Under the pieces are notes generated by a model that was given only the letters and a program-made list of their open reading frames with translations, was not told the origin of the DNA and ran no database searches. DNA of 64,000 bases, taken from Octopus vulgaris. Taxonomy: Eukaryota. Below are positions 39,482-53,198 of this stretch, one piece after another. Numbering within the stretch: the stretch's first letter is position 1; every line of letters starts with the position of its first letter. The stretch covers positions 148,552,001 to 148,616,000 of the forward strand of contig OX597817.1 of the NCBI GenBank assembly GCA_951406725.2, read 5' to 3'. Made by a program: the position numbers and the translations under genes.

Positions 39482-40713
39482 TGTGTGTGTGTGTGTGTGT
39501 GTGTGTTTGTGTGTGAATATACTATATACTTATATTATGTGCCTGTATATAGACATATCTTTACATATGTACATACATGTACAATAAATACATGATATAA
39601 ATGCGTGTAAAAATATATATATACACATAAACACACATACATACACTCATATACTTACCTATATGCATTTGTATGTATGTATGTATGGTTTTATATTAAT
39701 AAGCATACATAATACATATACATAATTGAAATCTGAGAAAGTATGTCGTTAAAAGTGTAAGCTGATGTACAATTTTAAGCAGGCAGGTGTTACTTACACA
39801 GCCATGAACTAGAAACAATTGTAAACAAATATGTCGGTTCTCCAAATACATTAATACCCACTGCATTTTGATAAACAATTCTTCAAATAATGAAATATTA
39901 ATTATATGGTGAGGCGGCAACTCATAATACAGAAAAAAAAGGAAATAAATGATTCGGGTGGGGAATTATATTTAAATATATATTTTGTAACAGCAGTAGA
40001 AAAAATAAGATCTTCGAGTCATACGACTATGTGATTTTTATCACTTGGTAGGTATCTGTACTTTTAAATTCATTGAATTTTAAAAAAAAGATGGATGACA
40101 TCTATAAAAGGGAATAATGAAAGAAATATAACAATTAATTTGTGCCTGAAGCTGCTCGAAATATAATGAAGTAAACAATAATTATTCGTTTGATTTTACA
40201 GTAGGTCATCCGATTTTATGACAATCCTCAATATATTTATATGTCTTATATGTGTTTAATTGTTACGTGTGTGTGTGTCTGCGTACATATATGCACAAAC
40301 ACCTGCACACACGCATATAAAATCTTATACTGTAGAACCTCGCAGTACGAGTATGTGCTGTGCGAACCGAAACGCGTACAAGTTTTTGTCTTGAAGTACG
40401 AGAGAAAATCCGCTTTACGAGCACACAAACATCTCATCTTTACGGTAATTCAGTTAGTACAACTAAGTATTTCTTTCGCATTCTCTTTTTTATAATTGTC
40501 AATTTACTTATAATGTCATACTGCCAATGTACACGTTGAGAAGAAAGAAAAGAGATACAGCTAAAAGAATCCAGAAGGGAGTCGCTTCTGGTTGCTGTTC
40601 AGTAAAAAGTGATCATTTAATAAAAGAAAAAAAATACAATTCTATTAATTTTTCCCCTCTTTTCGCACTTTTTTTTCATTTAAAATGCATGCAAAACGAA
40701 GTTCAATAAATAC

Positions 40714-40793
<80 letters not shown>

Positions 40794-41154
40794 TATATAA
40801 ATATATGCATATATACATACATATATGTATATACCTACATATATATGTATACATACATACATGTAAGAGTACAGGACATCAAAAAAAAAAAAACGTTGAA
40901 CTAAAAATAAAGAAAACGAACTTTTTTTCAAACAACGAAAAAGAAAAACAACAGAGAAACGAGACATGCAGCATAAAGAATATTTCCCTTCATCAGTTGT
41001 CCCTGTTTCATCTACTCCGCTTTTCGAAGGTATAAGTGTGTGTGTGTGCGTGTGTGTGTGTATTAACTTCACTACGTAAAATCATTACAAAACAGTTCTT
41101 TTCAGATTAAATCTCTACAAAGAATTTGATAAAAAAATTAATACAAATTATTCG

Positions 41155-43562
41155 CTAAACAAATTATTCTCACAAATGCCTCTTTCATGGAGCAAATAGT
41201 TCTGCAACCAACAAGGGCATATAATATTCTGGATCTCTGCTTCACAAACAATATGGATATTATCCATAATGTTAATGTGATGCCGATAATGATCACGGAT
41301 CACAACATAATAGAGCTGTCTATGAATGGAACAAAAGCCCCCGTAGACACACTTAAACTTTCATAAAGCAAACTGGAAGTTGATTGAGAAAGAGATCCTC
41401 AAACAGGATTGGCCTAAATGTCTCTCCACACCGGATATTAACATGAAACACAAACAATTCATGTCCATATTACAAGCCATATGTGACAAATATGTCCCAG
41501 TGTGCAGGGCCAGCACACACAAAAACAAAAACAGGATCCCTAGAGAAAGGAAGATTCTTATGAGACAACGGACAAGGATTGCGAACTGCCTGAGCAAGCA
41601 CACCAAAAGTGGTGAGAAGTCTCGGCTCGAGAGAATGCTAATGGAAATTGAGAAAAGTCTGCATCAGTCCCACGAAAAGGAGAGAGCAGATAAAGAAGCT
41701 TGGGTAATAGAAAATATAAAATCTAACCCTAAAGCTTTCTTTACGTTTGCCAAAGAGTCAGCCACAGTGCACCAGAGAATAGGACCTCTCATTCAAAAAA
41801 ATGGCTCTCTCACAGGGTAAGTGAAATACTGAACGAACAATTCCAAAGTGTGTTCACTACACCTCTAGGACACAGGCAAGTAAACAACCCAGAAGAATTC
41901 TTTGCCACTTTACCTGCGGTCAAAGAGACAAAAATTGAGTACATCAACATCGAAGATGATGATATCACACTAGCCATAGATAAGATTGACACAAACGCAG
42001 CTGCTGGACCTGATGGATTCCCAGCGATCCTTCTCAAATCGTGCAAACGAGCCCTTGCAAAACCGCTACAGCTTCTTTTTCAGAGCTTTCTTGGAAGTGG
42101 TAAGCTCCCAATCAAATTGAAAGAGGGGTAATATGCCCTATCCATAAGGGAGGTAGCAGAGCAGATGCTAAAAATTATAGACCTATCTCTCTGACCTCAC
42201 ACATCAGCAAAGTCATGGAACGAATAGTCCGTAAGAAACTAATCATGTTCCTTGAAGAAAATGTCTGACACCCAGCATGAATTTCGACCAGGTAGAAGCT
42301 GCCTAACACAGCTCCTGCAACACTATGGCTGGGTGTTGAAACAGCTACTAAATGGCTCAAATGTGGATGTAATATATCTCGACTTTGCAAAAGCCTTTGA
42401 TAAAGTCGACCATGGTATGATCTGTCACAAACTGCGTGGTCTCGGCATAGGCGGAAAACTTGGAGAGTGGCTGCACAACTTCCTAAAAGACAGAAAACAG
42501 GCAGTTATGAGCAATGGAGCCACCTCCAAGGAAACACAAATAACAAGCGGTGTCCCACAGGGCACTGTCTTGGGGCCACTGATGTTCATAGTGGCACTTT
42601 CAGACATTCCTTCAGTTGCTACGATGACCACCCTTGCTAACTATGCAGATGACACAAAAGTCTCCCACACAATACAAAACCCTGAAAATATTGCGCATCT
42701 GCAACAGGAGTTGGACACAATATACAGGTGGGCTGAGGACAACAACATGCAGTTTAATGCAGGTAAGTTCCAGGACCTGCGTTCCTGGCACACAAAGGCA
42801 AACGGCGTGCAGACTGGATACACTGGCCCAGGAAGAATTGCAATCCCTGAGTCAAAGTCAGTGCGTGACCTAGGCATTGACATGAGCAATGATGCATCTT
42901 TCCAAGTGCATATTGCTAATCTGGTGATAAAATACAGACGGCTAGCTGGATGGATTCTCCGAACTTTCAGAACAAGAGAGAAGGAGACACCGATGGTCCT
43001 ATGGAAAACATTCGTCCTCAGCCGCTTGGACTACTGCTCCCAACTATGGTCACCACACAATATAAAACTAACAGCAGAACTTGAAGCAATTCAGAGAAGC
43101 TACACAAAGAAAATCGTCTCAATGCAAAATATCAGCTACTGGGAAAGACTGAAGGTATTAAACATCTTCTCCCTAGAGCGGAGGCGGAAGAGATATGCGG
43201 TGATATACATCTGGAAAATCCTGGAGGGTCTTGTCCCATACTATGGCATACAAAGTTACCCCAACCGCAGAACGGGGCGCCACTGCATGGTGCCAAATAT
43301 TCCAACATCACCATCAAAATACAGGTCCAGATACTGCAACAGCTTGGGTTTCAGAGGACCACAGCTCTTTAACATCCTCCCTAAATGCCTGAGAGACACC
43401 TTACATGGTGTAGATGTGGGTTTCTTTAAAACCAAACTGGATCTCTTCTTGTCGGGAGTCCCAGATGAACCTACCTCACGACAGAAGACGCAGATGCGGG
43501 CAGCAGCGTCGAACTACCTTGTTGATCAAGTGCCACGTATCAGAGGTGGATTCACATATTAG
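41155..43562 (+). pseudogene. LINE ORF2 (endonuclease/reverse transcriptase), frameshifted
   Basis: ORFs 41380..41820, 41850..42131 and 42252..43562: AAGPDG, NYRPISLTS, YLDFAKAFDKVDH, SGVPQGTVLGP, YADDTK, RDLGI, RLDYCSQLWSP, YWERL...SLERRR. Confidence 0.92.
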
Positions 43563-43633
43563 TGTAGCTCATTCAGCGGTGGTGCCCCAGCATGGCCGCG
43601 GCCTTCGGGCTAAAACAATTTTTAAGGATTTAA

Positions 43634-43636
<3 letters not shown>
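41155..43636 (+). mobile_element. CR1-clade LINE, 5'-truncated, about 2.5 kb
   Basis: End of the APE domain (QPTR..NILDLCFTN..DH), linker, RT, C-terminal domain, short 3' UTR and TTTAAGGA repeat tail. Confidence 0.92.
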
Positions 43637-43695
<59 letters not shown>

Positions 43696-43700
43696 GTATA

Positions 43701-43772
<72 letters not shown>

Positions 43773-43782
43773 TATATAAATA

Positions 43783-43853
<71 letters not shown>

Positions 43854-44569
43854 TAGTTAATCCAAACATGAAAACACAAATACATATATATACCTCTGTT
43901 TATCTACATAGGAAAAAAATCAACTACACAACTAAATATGTACTTCTAAAAGACACCCTACAATTGCTCATTTAATTGATTTGATGATTTCGCTGAAATA
44001 TATCAGCAGAACATTATCCTTAGTAAAGCTCTTAAAAAGTGGACTATTTTGGAAACAAAAGAAAGGAAAATATTACGGTGTAGCCGCCGATGTCTTCTCA
44101 ACGACATGTCTTCTCAATAATGTAAATAGATCTGCTCTTAGTGCTAAAACAAAAGGAAAACTTATGCGTTTGGAAAGGAACCTTCTCCAAACAATTGCTT
44201 CAACTTGACAGCGAAAAGCACTTTAGCTGAATAAATTAGTTCTTGTGCGTGTTACAAGGTTTGGCTTCCCGTCTAAGAGGTGTTATGATGGCTGATAAGG
44301 AACGAGAACTGCAGTAGGCGTAGTAATTAGGTTGGATAAGTCTATCTCTTGTTTGTTTGTATTGAACATTATTTAAGTGTTGAGAGGTGGGGAATAGGGG
44401 AATATAGGGCTTTCTAGGAAATAGGGTGAGGAGAAGAGAGAGAGGACGAGAAATATGGAGGGAGATAAGAAATACAACGGAGGGAGAGAAATATTGAGAG
44501 GAAATGTGGCAGTGATGTGCACGGGGGGGACATGCGCGTTGGCAGCGCGGGGGGAGGGGGAGAAGTCTT

Positions 44570-44690
44570 ATTGATGATGACAATGATGATGGTGATGTTT
44601 ATGATGATCATGATAATGTTCTTGATTATAATGACCATGACGATGACGACGACTTATGATGCTGATGATGATGTTGATGATGATGATGAA

Positions 44691-44729
<39 letters not shown>

Positions 44730-45240
44730 ATGATTGTGATGGGTGATTTGATGATGACTATGATGATGATGTTGATGATCATCATGATCACGATGATTAT
44801 AGCATTGATGTTGATAATGATGATGATCAAGGGGTTGGGTAAATTGATGATGATGATGATAATGATGAAGACAATGGAGATGAGATGATAATGTTGATGC
44901 TGATGTCAATGATGATGATGATGATAATGCCTGTGATGAGGGATTTGATGATGGCTATGATGATCATCATGACCATGGTCATGGTGATAATAGCATTGAT
45001 GATGATGATGTCGACGACGATGACGACGACCACGACGCCGACGATGACGTCGTCGATGATGACGATGACGACGACGATGATAATGAGACATATTGAAAAT
45101 AACTGGGACCGTGATGATAATAATTATGATAAAGATGGAGGATGAGGAGAAAGAGGTGGTGGAGGAGGACACTAATGACGAAGGTGGTGACCACGATGAT
45201 GATGATGATGATGATGATGATGATAATGATGATAATGATG
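44570..45240. repeat. Degenerate (GAT)n low-complexity tract
   Basis: Direct reading; similar tracts at 51770-52330 and 58441-58868. Confidence 0.95.
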
Positions 45241-45309
45241 ATGACGACTGCGACGATGACGATGACGATGAGGAGGATGAGAAAGACTATTAAGAAAACT
45301 CCGGTGACA

Positions 45310-45346
<37 letters not shown>

Positions 45347-45404
45347 CGACTGCGACGATGACGATGAGGAGGATGAGAAAGACTATTATGAAAACTCCGG
45401 TGAC

Positions 45405-45439
<35 letters not shown>

Positions 45440-45504
45440 CGACTGCGACGATGACGATGACGATGAGGAGGATGAGAAAGACTATTAAGAAAACTCCGGT
45501 GACA

Positions 45505-45544
<40 letters not shown>

Positions 45545-45717
45545 CGACTGCGACGATGACGATGACGATGACGATGAGGAGGATGAGAAAGACTATTAAG
45601 AAAACTCCGGTGACAATGATAATGATGATGATGATGATGATGATGATGACGACGACTGCGACGATGACGATGACGATGAGGAGGATGAGAAAGACTATTA
45701 TGAAAACTCCGGTGACA

Positions 45718-45748
<31 letters not shown>

Positions 45749-45825
45749 CGACTGCGACGATGACGATGACGATGACGATGAGGAGGATGAGAAAGACTAT
45801 TAAGAAAACTCCGGTGACAATGATA

Positions 45826-45868
<43 letters not shown>

Positions 45869-45945
45869 CGACGACTGCGACGATGACGATGACGATGAGG
45901 AGGATGAGAAAGACTATTATGAAAACTCCGGTGACAATGATGAAG
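45241..45945. repeat. Compound minisatellite, 7 units of about 95-120 bp built on (GAT)n
   Basis: Unit gacgactgcgacgatgac..gaggaggatgagaaagactatta(a/t)gaaaactccggtgac followed by (GAT)n. Confidence 0.95.
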
Positions 45946-46289
45946 ATATCGACGACGCTGACAACGATGACGACGGCATTTTACGACAAGAATTGTGAAG
46001 TTATTATCGCGATAAAATAACAATTGGAATGAAGAGACTATTGTTTCACTTTACACTTAATCTGATTTGTTTTATTGCTTTCGTATATTAATGGTGAATG
46101 CGTAACTGAATTTGAGCAACGACGGCGCAAAGATGAAACGTTGATGAATATATTTGTCACCTTTATTACGAGTTTTAAATTTTATGATGTGTGAATCTAC
46201 ACTCCAGTATCGCCTTCACCACTGCAGAAGGGAATAGTGGAGGAAGATATCTTTATGGGACTGAGTGTACTGTGTCCTATCAGTGTCGC

Positions 46290-46501
46290 TGTTTACTTGG
46301 GTATATTTTCGGGTGCACGCAGGTCAATTTTGAAACTTAAACGGATATATCTGTGTGTCAGTGTGTATGTGTTTGTGTTGGTGTGTGTGTGAATCTGTAT
46401 GGTATTGGCTATATTGTGTACTATCGGTGTGATCATTGTTAAATTGATCATCGTGTATATTTCGGGTGCACGCAGGTCAATTTCAAACTTAAACGGATAT
46501 A

Positions 46502-46541
<40 letters not shown>

Positions 46542-47370
46542 TGTGTGTGTGCGTGAATCTGTATGGTATTGGCTATATAAGGTACTATCAGTGTCATTGT
46601 TTACTAGATCATCGGGTATATTTTCGGGTGCACGCAGGTCATTTTCAGACTTGAACGGATATATCTGTGTGTGTGTCTGTGTCTGTGTCTGTGTGTGTGC
46701 GTGAATCTGTATGGTATTGGCGATATAATGTACTATCAGTGTCATTGTTTACTAGATCATCGGGTATATTTTCGGGTGCACGCAGGTCATTTTCAGACTT
46801 GAACGGATATATCTGTGTGTGTGTCTGTGTCTGTGTGTGTGCGTGAATCTGTATGGTATTGGCGATATAGTGTACTATCAGTGTCATTGTTTACTAGATC
46901 ATCGGGTATATTTTCGGGTGCACGCAGGTCAATTTCAGACTTGAACGGATATATCTGTGTGTGTGTCTGTGTCTGTGTGTGTGCGTGAATCTGTATGGTA
47001 TTGGCGATATAGTGTACTATCAGTGTCATTGTTTACTAGATCATCGGGTATATTTTCGGGTGCACGCAGGTCAATTTCAGACTTGAACGGATATATCTGT
47101 GTGTGTGTGTGTGTGTGTATGTGTTTGTGTTGGTGTGTATGTGAATCTGTATGGTATTGGCTATATTGTGTACTATCGGTGTCATCATTGTTAAATTGAT
47201 CATCGGGTATATTTCGGTGCACGCAGGTCAATTTCAAACTTAAACGGATATATCTGTGTGTGTGTGTGGGTGGGTGGTATTGGCGATATTGGGTACTATA
47301 GGTGTCATCATTGTTTACTTAGGTATATTTTCGGGTGCACGCAGGTCAATTTCAATCTTAAACGGATATA

Positions 47371-47418
<48 letters not shown>

Positions 47419-47420
47419 GT
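46290..47420. repeat. Minisatellite, 8 units of about 120-160 bp (modal 142) with internal (TG)n
   Basis: ggtgcacgcaggtca at about 46312, 46465, 46627, 46775, 46917, 47059, 47216 and 47334. Confidence 0.95.
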
Positions 47421-47583
47421 GTGTGTGTGTGATTGTGTGTGTGACAGAGAGAGAGAGAGAGTGTGTAGGTATGTGTACAGAAATCGACAAGAAGAATACA
47501 GTGAACAGGCGGAATTATGGGACTCCAAAATCCAACGTTTCCGATAGAATTTAAGGACACCTTCAAAAAGAATGTAAATTTCT

Positions 47584-47997
47584 AGGCGAAGTGAGTGGCT
47601 GTGTGGTAAGTAGCTTGCTTACGAAGTACATGGTTCCGGGTTCAGTCCCAATGCGTGGCACCTTGGGCAAGTGTCTTCTACCATAGCCTCGGGCCGACCA
47701 AAGTCTTGTGAGTGGATTTGGTAGACGGAAACTGAAAGAAGCCCGTCGTATATATATGTATGTATGTATATGTGTGAGTGTGTGTATGTTTCTGTGTCTG
47801 TTTTTGTCCCTAACATCGCTTCACAACCGATGCTGGTGTGTCCCCGTAACTTAGCAGTTTGGCAAAAGAGGCCGATAGCATAAGTACTAGGCTTACAAAG
47901 AGTAAGTCCTGGGGTCGATTTGCTCAAGTAAAGGCGGTGCTCCAGCATGCCCACTGTCAAATGACTGAAATAAGTACAAGAATAAAAGAGTAAAAAA
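47584..47997 (+). mobile_element. SINE family C, full length
   Basis: Colinear with 25329-25760. Confidence 0.9.
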
Positions 47998-48134
47998 AGT
48001 TCTAGTGTATTTCTTGAATTTCACACCTGTCTACTCGAAAATCTTTAGGAAAATAAGAGAAAAGTGGAAATTTTACCGGTGAGTATGTTACATTATAAGG
48101 CACAAAAAGAAAATTACTCTCCCCAGACACAACA

Positions 48135-48172
<38 letters not shown>

Positions 48173-49074
48173 AGATGGATGGATGGATATTAAAACAGAT
48201 GCTTACATACATGCGTGTATAATGTGTGCATAAGAGCATTCTTGCAGTATGGCCAGATGTTACAACTCTTATTTCGTAAGAGTCAAGTTTTAGCCTTCGA
48301 GCCATCCTACATGTTTACTATAAGCACCAAGTATCTATATTTTGTGTGATCAAGTTCTTTCTTATTGAGCTTTAGTACGTAACCGATCGAAAGGTCACTC
48401 TCTCCCTTTCCTTTCTTTTTCTCCCTCCTTCTCTCCCTCCTTCTCTCCCTCCATCTCTCTCTCTCTCTCAGTCCCCTGTAACTATCTATCTATATATGTA
48501 TCTGCCTGTTTGTCTGTCTGTCTGTCTGTCTACAAATAAATCTATATATCTATCTTTCTCTCTTATAGATTTAGTAACGTGTGTGCGTTTGTATGTGTGG
48601 GTTTGAGAGTGTGTGTGTATGCGTGTGTGTGTATGTGTATGTGTGTGCGGGTGGGTTGTTTATGTGCGGGCGCGCGTCCGATCCGGTGAAGTGGAAGAAT
48701 CACTATCTTTGATATTCGCAAGATTTTCAAAGACAGGTGAGACCAATAATCCGATTCATGTTCAGTTTCAGAATCTTGCAATATACGCACTAGATCTCTC
48801 CAAGAAGAGAGTAGTATCACACACACACACACACACACACACACATAAATAATATATATATATATATATATATATAATTAATAATATCAAAGGGTAATCG
48901 GAAATATTAGAAATTTCCTTTACCAGTGGTCTAGCGTGTAAAAATTTAGTCAATAGACTATATTATTCATATAAATACAGTGTACATTTAAGCTGTCCTC
49001 TGTAGCGTGTAGGTAGTCCTATGGTTGCTCCCTCTTATGTACTTAAATGTACACTGTATTTATATGTATGTATG

Positions 49075-49108
<34 letters not shown>

Positions 49109-49141
49109 TATATGTATTATATATATATATGTATATATATG

Positions 49142-49285
<144 letters not shown>

Positions 49286-49494
49286 CATATTTATGGATGG
49301 ATGGATGGCCGTATACATATATCTGTGTGTGTGTATATATACATATATAAAAAATTAGTGTACATTTATACATAAAAAGGTGAGCCTTAACAGGTTGCCT
49401 AACATACTAGAAAGAACAGTCCAAAAAGTTCAAACCATATATATATATATATATATATATATCACTAAATAAACAAACAGAGAGGACAGACAGG

Positions 49495-49588
<94 letters not shown>

Positions 49589-49935
49589 TGCATGTATGTA
49601 TATAAATGTATGTATATATAATTCAGTTAAAGAGAGGATATTGTAGTATAGATGTGATCAGCAGAGACAACTAAAGTACGCTCTGGTGACCATGTTTCAT
49701 ATTCTGCCGGTTACTGATGAATGCTGTTTAGGCTGCTTTGTTCGTAGTACCAACGTCTCCCGAGATAAATCCTCAATGATCGAAAGTGTGTCATGCGTAA
49801 TAAACACACGCATTGGTTCTATTTTACTTCTTGTATTATTATTTGTTCATTTAACTAATTAAGTTTTCACTTGTTTGATTAGTGGTCCTTGTTGATTGAT
49901 GAATTGACTGAAAAAATATTTTTAAAAATCAACAA

Positions 49936-50198
49936 TTTTTTAAATGTTTAAATTTTTCTAGTAATAATAGTTTTCAAGTAAATGTTTAAATTTTTCTAGT
50001 AATCGATTAGTTAATTTTTTAAATGTTTAAATTTTTCTAGTAATAATAGTTTTCAAGTAAATGTTTAAATTTTTCTAGTAATCGATTAGTTAATTTTTTA
50101 AATGTTTAAATTTTTCTAGTAATGATAGTTTTCAAGTAAATGTTTAAATTTTTCTAGTAATCGATTAGTTAATTTTTTAAATGTTTAAATTTTTCTAG
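49936..50198. repeat. AT-rich tandem repeat, 79-bp unit x about 3.3
   Basis: Each unit has two sub-repeats of taaatgtttaaatttttctagtaat. Confidence 0.92.
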
Positions 50199-50698
50199 CT
50201 GAAGTGTAATTGTATCAGTGTTTTTGTTTGTTATTGGCAGTTATCGTTCAGACATACAACAGAACATCTTTGAACACAGGAGTTCACATCAAAAATTTTG
50301 CAGGCCTCTTCAACAAGATTTGGACCCAATATGCAGGTGGTTTTAATGCTGTAAAATTAAATTTTTAATACAAAGATGACTGACACGAAGACCATAGACG
50401 CGCAGATTGATGAGGATATTCTGATAACACGATATGGTTTGAAGGCATTGATATCATGAACTTCTCGCGAAGAAGGAGTCACTACTGCCCGACTCAACAC
50501 AATAAATATTCTATAAATCTAACTCTACGGAAGGCATATTTGTGATAACTCAGAGATGAGAGAGATAGAAAGACAGAGGATAATTGATAACGAACGATAA
50601 TCTCATGGAATATGGGACATATGATGTTAAATCAATATGTAAATGATTGTTAGATTCGAAAAGACGTTACATCTCTTGGATATAGTACACGCTATAAA

Positions 50699-51113
50699 GG
50701 CGGCGAGCTGGCAGAAATGTTAGCACGCCGGGCGAAATGCTTAGTGATATTTCGTCTGTCGTTACGTTCTGAGTTCAAATTCCGCCGAGGTCGACTTTGC
50801 CTTTCATCCTTTCGGGGTTGATTAAAAAAGTACCAGCTACGCACTGGGGTTGATATAATCGACTTAATCCGTCTGTCTGTCCTTGTTTGTCCCCTCTTTG
50901 TTTAGCCCCTTGTGGGTAGTAAATAAATAGGTATTTTGTCTGTCGTTACGTTCTGAGTTCAAATTCCGCCGAGGTCGACTTTGCCTTTCATCCTTTCGGG
51001 GACGATGAATAAAGTACCTGTTACGCATTGGGATCGATGTAGTTGACTTAATCCCTTTGTCTGTCCTCGTTTGTCCCTTCTATGTTTAGCCCCTTGTGGG
51101 CAATAAAGAAATA
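50699..51113 (+). mobile_element. SINE family B, 1.8-mer
   Basis: Same junction taaataaata|ggtatttt near 50930. Confidence 0.9.
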
Positions 51114-51769
51114 TTTAGTACACACTATATCATGTTTGAAAAGATCTGCATACTCACTGTAAGAATAAGAAAGTATTGTAGATTTTGTCGATGAGAACGT
51201 TTAGAAGATTGTTTTGTTAACTAATATCTAACAAGGATAACACAGAGTACAAAACATTTCTATTGTGCGTTTGAAACTGCTTATAATTCTTACTTTACTA
51301 ATACATCTTAAAAAGCTTTGGATAACGTTTCCCTTTGTTCTTCGTGTTAAGCTAATTACAGAAATAAATAGGAATTACATTATATTTCTTCTGACGCAAC
51401 ATTTCTTTGAATATACATTACGCATCAAACATCTATTTAGCTTTCTGAGAGATACATTTATTGAATATTATGTGAAAATCGAGGCATATTTTACTCCCAG
51501 ATGCGGAGATCAGATACATTCGTAGGAAATATTGTTTTTAAAACCAAGTTTATCAAAATGTTTGTTGTAGCCATTTTCTCTTAAAACGAAATTAGCTCTA
51601 GGTTCGATTTAAGAAAGTGGAACGCAGCTGCTTTGAATCTGGCGAGTCCAAGACTAATTTCATAAGCAGTTTTACTATTTAATCGGATTATTAACTAAAA
51701 TCTCTGAAGATCAGAGGACAGACATCAAGCTGGATGACAGCGGTAATTATGACATTTCATGTTGACGTT

Positions 51770-52178
51770 CATGCTGATGACGATGCTGATGATAATGCTG
51801 AGGGTGTCGAAAATAATGACGACGACGATAACGATGACAACCACGAGGATGATGATGATGATGATGATGACGATGACGACGATGATGATCATGGTGTTAA
51901 TGGTGGTGGTGATAATGATGTTGATGATGATAATGATGATGATGGCGCTGGTGGTAGGGATGATGATGGGGATGATGATAATGATGATGATCATGAGGAG
52001 GAGGAGGAGGAAGGTGGTGATGATGATGTTGTCAACGATGATGACAATGATCATGATCATGATGATCATCATCATTATGGTCATGATCATGTTGATGAGG
52101 ATGATGGCGACGACGAACTTGACTAAAACAACAAGGGAGAAAACAACTACGATGAAGACGTTGATGATAAGGACGACG

Positions 52179-52210
<32 letters not shown>

Positions 52211-52249
52211 GATGATGACGGTGATGATGACGGTGGTGACGATGATGAC

Positions 52250-52296
<47 letters not shown>

Positions 52297-52330
52297 CGAC
52301 GAGGATGATGAAAACGATCATCATTATATG
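51770..52330. repeat. Degenerate (GAT/GAC)n tract
   Basis: Direct reading. Confidence 0.92.
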
Positions 52331-52827
52331 ATTACAACAACAACAGCAATGACCACAATCCTGACAGCGATAGTGATTTGCTGAGGATATAATGACTGAG
52401 ATTAAAGCAATCTTTAAAATCCATCGTTACATAGATTTCACTATCAATTGCTGAAATTATGTTCACTGGATCTTTACTTTAGCTTTTTTTTTCTTTTATG
52501 TATTTATTTTCATGTATTTTATTGTTGGAAATTTGAATTATTAGAAGAGATCGAATACATCGTTTACCACCCACCCTACCATGCCATTCACACTAACACA
52601 GTATGGATTACTTCAGACATTAATCCTTAGAGACATTTTGCTTTCAGAATGTACTCTCTCCTTCTCACTCTCACTCTCCCCCTCTCTCTCTCTCCTTCTC
52701 ACTGTTTGTCTTTCAGTTTCTCTCTCCATATATCTATTTATTTTCTACACATATGTATGTGTATGTATATATAATATGCGTGTGTGCGCGCGTGTGAGTG
52801 TATATAAAAATATACATATATATATAT

Positions 52828-52951
52828 AACTGGAGCAACGTGAAAAAGCGCGTCTTGCTCAAGTGCACAACACACAGCTCGGTCCGGGAATCGAACTCAC
52901 GACCTCACGATCGTAAGCTCGACGCTCTACCCACTGAGGCATGTACCTTCA

Positions 52952-52993
<42 letters not shown>

Positions 52994-53159
52994 CGTAGAA
53001 ATCTTTATACATTTTGTTTTCAGAATATATATATATAACTGGAGCAACGTGAAAAAAGCATCTTGCTCAAGAGCACAACACATAGCCCGGCCCGGGAATC
53101 GAACTCACAACATCACGATTGTACGCTCGTCGCTCTTACTACTGAGCCATGCGCCTTCA
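52828..53159 (-). mobile_element. Two SINE family D heads, truncated at the same point
   Basis: 52828-52952 and 53037-53159 both run aactggagcaacgtgaaaaa..ttgctcaag..gggaatcgaactcac..ccttca. Confidence 0.85.
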
Positions 53160-53166
53160 AACACAC

Positions 53167-53198
<32 letters not shown>

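Noticed and set aside
42252-43562. Intact reverse transcriptase gene
   Set aside because: The N-terminal RT motifs lie in other frames (frameshifts near 41820, 42130 and 42260) and the element is 5'-truncated, so it is a pseudogene.
44395-44565. Purine/G-rich stretch as promoter or G-quadruplex
   Set aside because: There is no associated gene or start evidence; the composition resembles the other low-complexity tracts.
44517-46023. Long poly-Met/Asp/His ORFs (also 51725-52331 and 58403-58915) resembling acidic or Met-rich structural proteins
   Set aside because: They are open in several frames on both strands because of (GAT)n; the Asp frame is interrupted by stops; no splice or domain evidence.
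46290-47420. Repeat-spacer look of the 142-bp array (CRISPR-like)
   Set aside because: The intervening segments are themselves repeated or (TG)n rather than unique spacers; eukaryotic context; no cas genes.
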